Assembly: GCF_001194135.2 (NCBI RefSeq)
Contig: NC_068988.1
Coordinates: 47,557,015 to 47,590,757 of the forward strand
Direction: 5' to 3'
Source of the DNA: Octopus bimaculoides
Taxonomy: Eukaryota
DNA: 33,743 nucleotides
The notes under the pieces: model-generated
Database searches by the model: none
Seen by the model: only the letters and a program-made list of their open reading frames with translations
What the model was told of the DNA's origin: nothing
Translations under genes and position numbers: made by a program
In this document: one piece after another, positions 32,991 to 33,743 of the stretch
Numbering within the stretch: position 1 is the stretch's first letter
Layout: every line of letters starts with the position of its first letter

Positions 32991-33475
32991 TATGCTGTTG
33001 ATACTTGATGGGTATCCCTTGTTTTTGAATTGCATGGAGGTAGGCTTCGGAGTGGGATTCATAAACTTGTCGGTACAAATCATGCTTAGTTCCTTCTATA
33101 GTTTGTGGTGTTCGTCTCAAGTACCTGTATACTATCTTCTCAGGTAACTAGTCCATTTTTTAAAGGTTTTGTTCTCATAAAAAGATTTTACCAACCCTCC
33201 TTGGGCAGACATCTCTATAGGCTCTTATTTCATAATCCTCCTCAAGTTCATTAGCTATTCTAATTATGCTGTTGATTTCATGGTTACAAACTTTGGCAAG
33301 AGAGTTACTGGTCACTTTCTTCTGCTGCTAACGTGGTTTCAGTGTCACAAAGCGTGCTTCATGTAACATTAATACAGTTTTGAGACGAATGCCACTAGCG
33401 TTGTGAGGGACGTAGCGGCAATCTACATCTCTTTTGATGTTGAAGTTTCCTGGAATTCCGAGCAGATGGATGCAT
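32990..33475 (-). pseudogene. R4/Dong-like LINE relic (region C-terminal to RT)
   Basis: One frame with few stops: GNFNIKRDVDCRYVPHNASGIRLK...VCNHEINSIIRIANEL, resembling the recalled R4-clade pattern G.FH..SDVDRLY..R..GGRGL. Confidence 0.55.
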
Positions 33476-33519
33476 GCCAGCATGTACGAATACAGTCAGC
33501 GAAAGAGAATTAATAATGT

Positions 33520-33710
33520 TGGTGATATAGGAACAATGTCAGCAATTTTGGTTGTCGGCTATTTGTCTGTTACTCAACAGCAGTATATTGGTACTGTACT
33601 TTATTTTGTAGAGCCCAAAAGAATGAAAAGCAAAGTTGGCGGTAAGATTTGAAATCTGTACGTAAAAAGCTTGAAGAAATACTGCAAAGATATAACGTAG
33701 CCGACACTGT
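33520..33710 (-). mobile_element. SINE family A, highly degenerate copy
   Basis: AAGAATGAAAAGCAAAGTTGGC...ATTTGAAATC..TACGTAAA matches the plus-strand appearance of other copies. Confidence 0.5.
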
Positions 33711-33743
33711 AATACCCCTGGCATATATATATATATATATATA

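Noticed and set aside
1-33743. CRISPR arrays, rRNA or bona fide tRNA genes, prokaryotic systems
   Set aside because: None seen. A/B-box motifs belong to SINE heads without a full cloverleaf, and no repeat-spacer array is present.

Overview
AT-rich, repeat-dense eukaryotic genomic DNA with six N-gaps. The SINE families, mariners, Penelope relics and dense microsatellites suggest an octopus/cephalopod short-read scaffold (inference from recalled repeat families). No intact host gene is recognisable. Left to right: a minus-strand Tx1/L1-like LINE (frameshifted ORF1 with CCHC knuckle, first 15 codons of ORF2 endonuclease); a full-length but dead mariner with both TIRs; a probable solo LTR; a hAT-type end; about a dozen tRNA-derived SINE copies of 2-3 families (one heterodimer with a 17-bp TSD, one head-to-tail triplet); a Penelope GIY-YIG relic; a 3.4-kb interstitial (TTAGGG)n array with variant units and higher-order duplications; an RTE-like 3' fragment encoding C2H2 fingers; a degenerate type I hammerhead ribozyme motif; a candidate housekeeping-type promoter with ATG|GTAAGT; a second 5'-truncated mariner; and an R4/Dong-like LINE relic. 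Most ORFs in the track are microsatellite or telomere-repeat artefacts. All calls were made by eye, without database searches.
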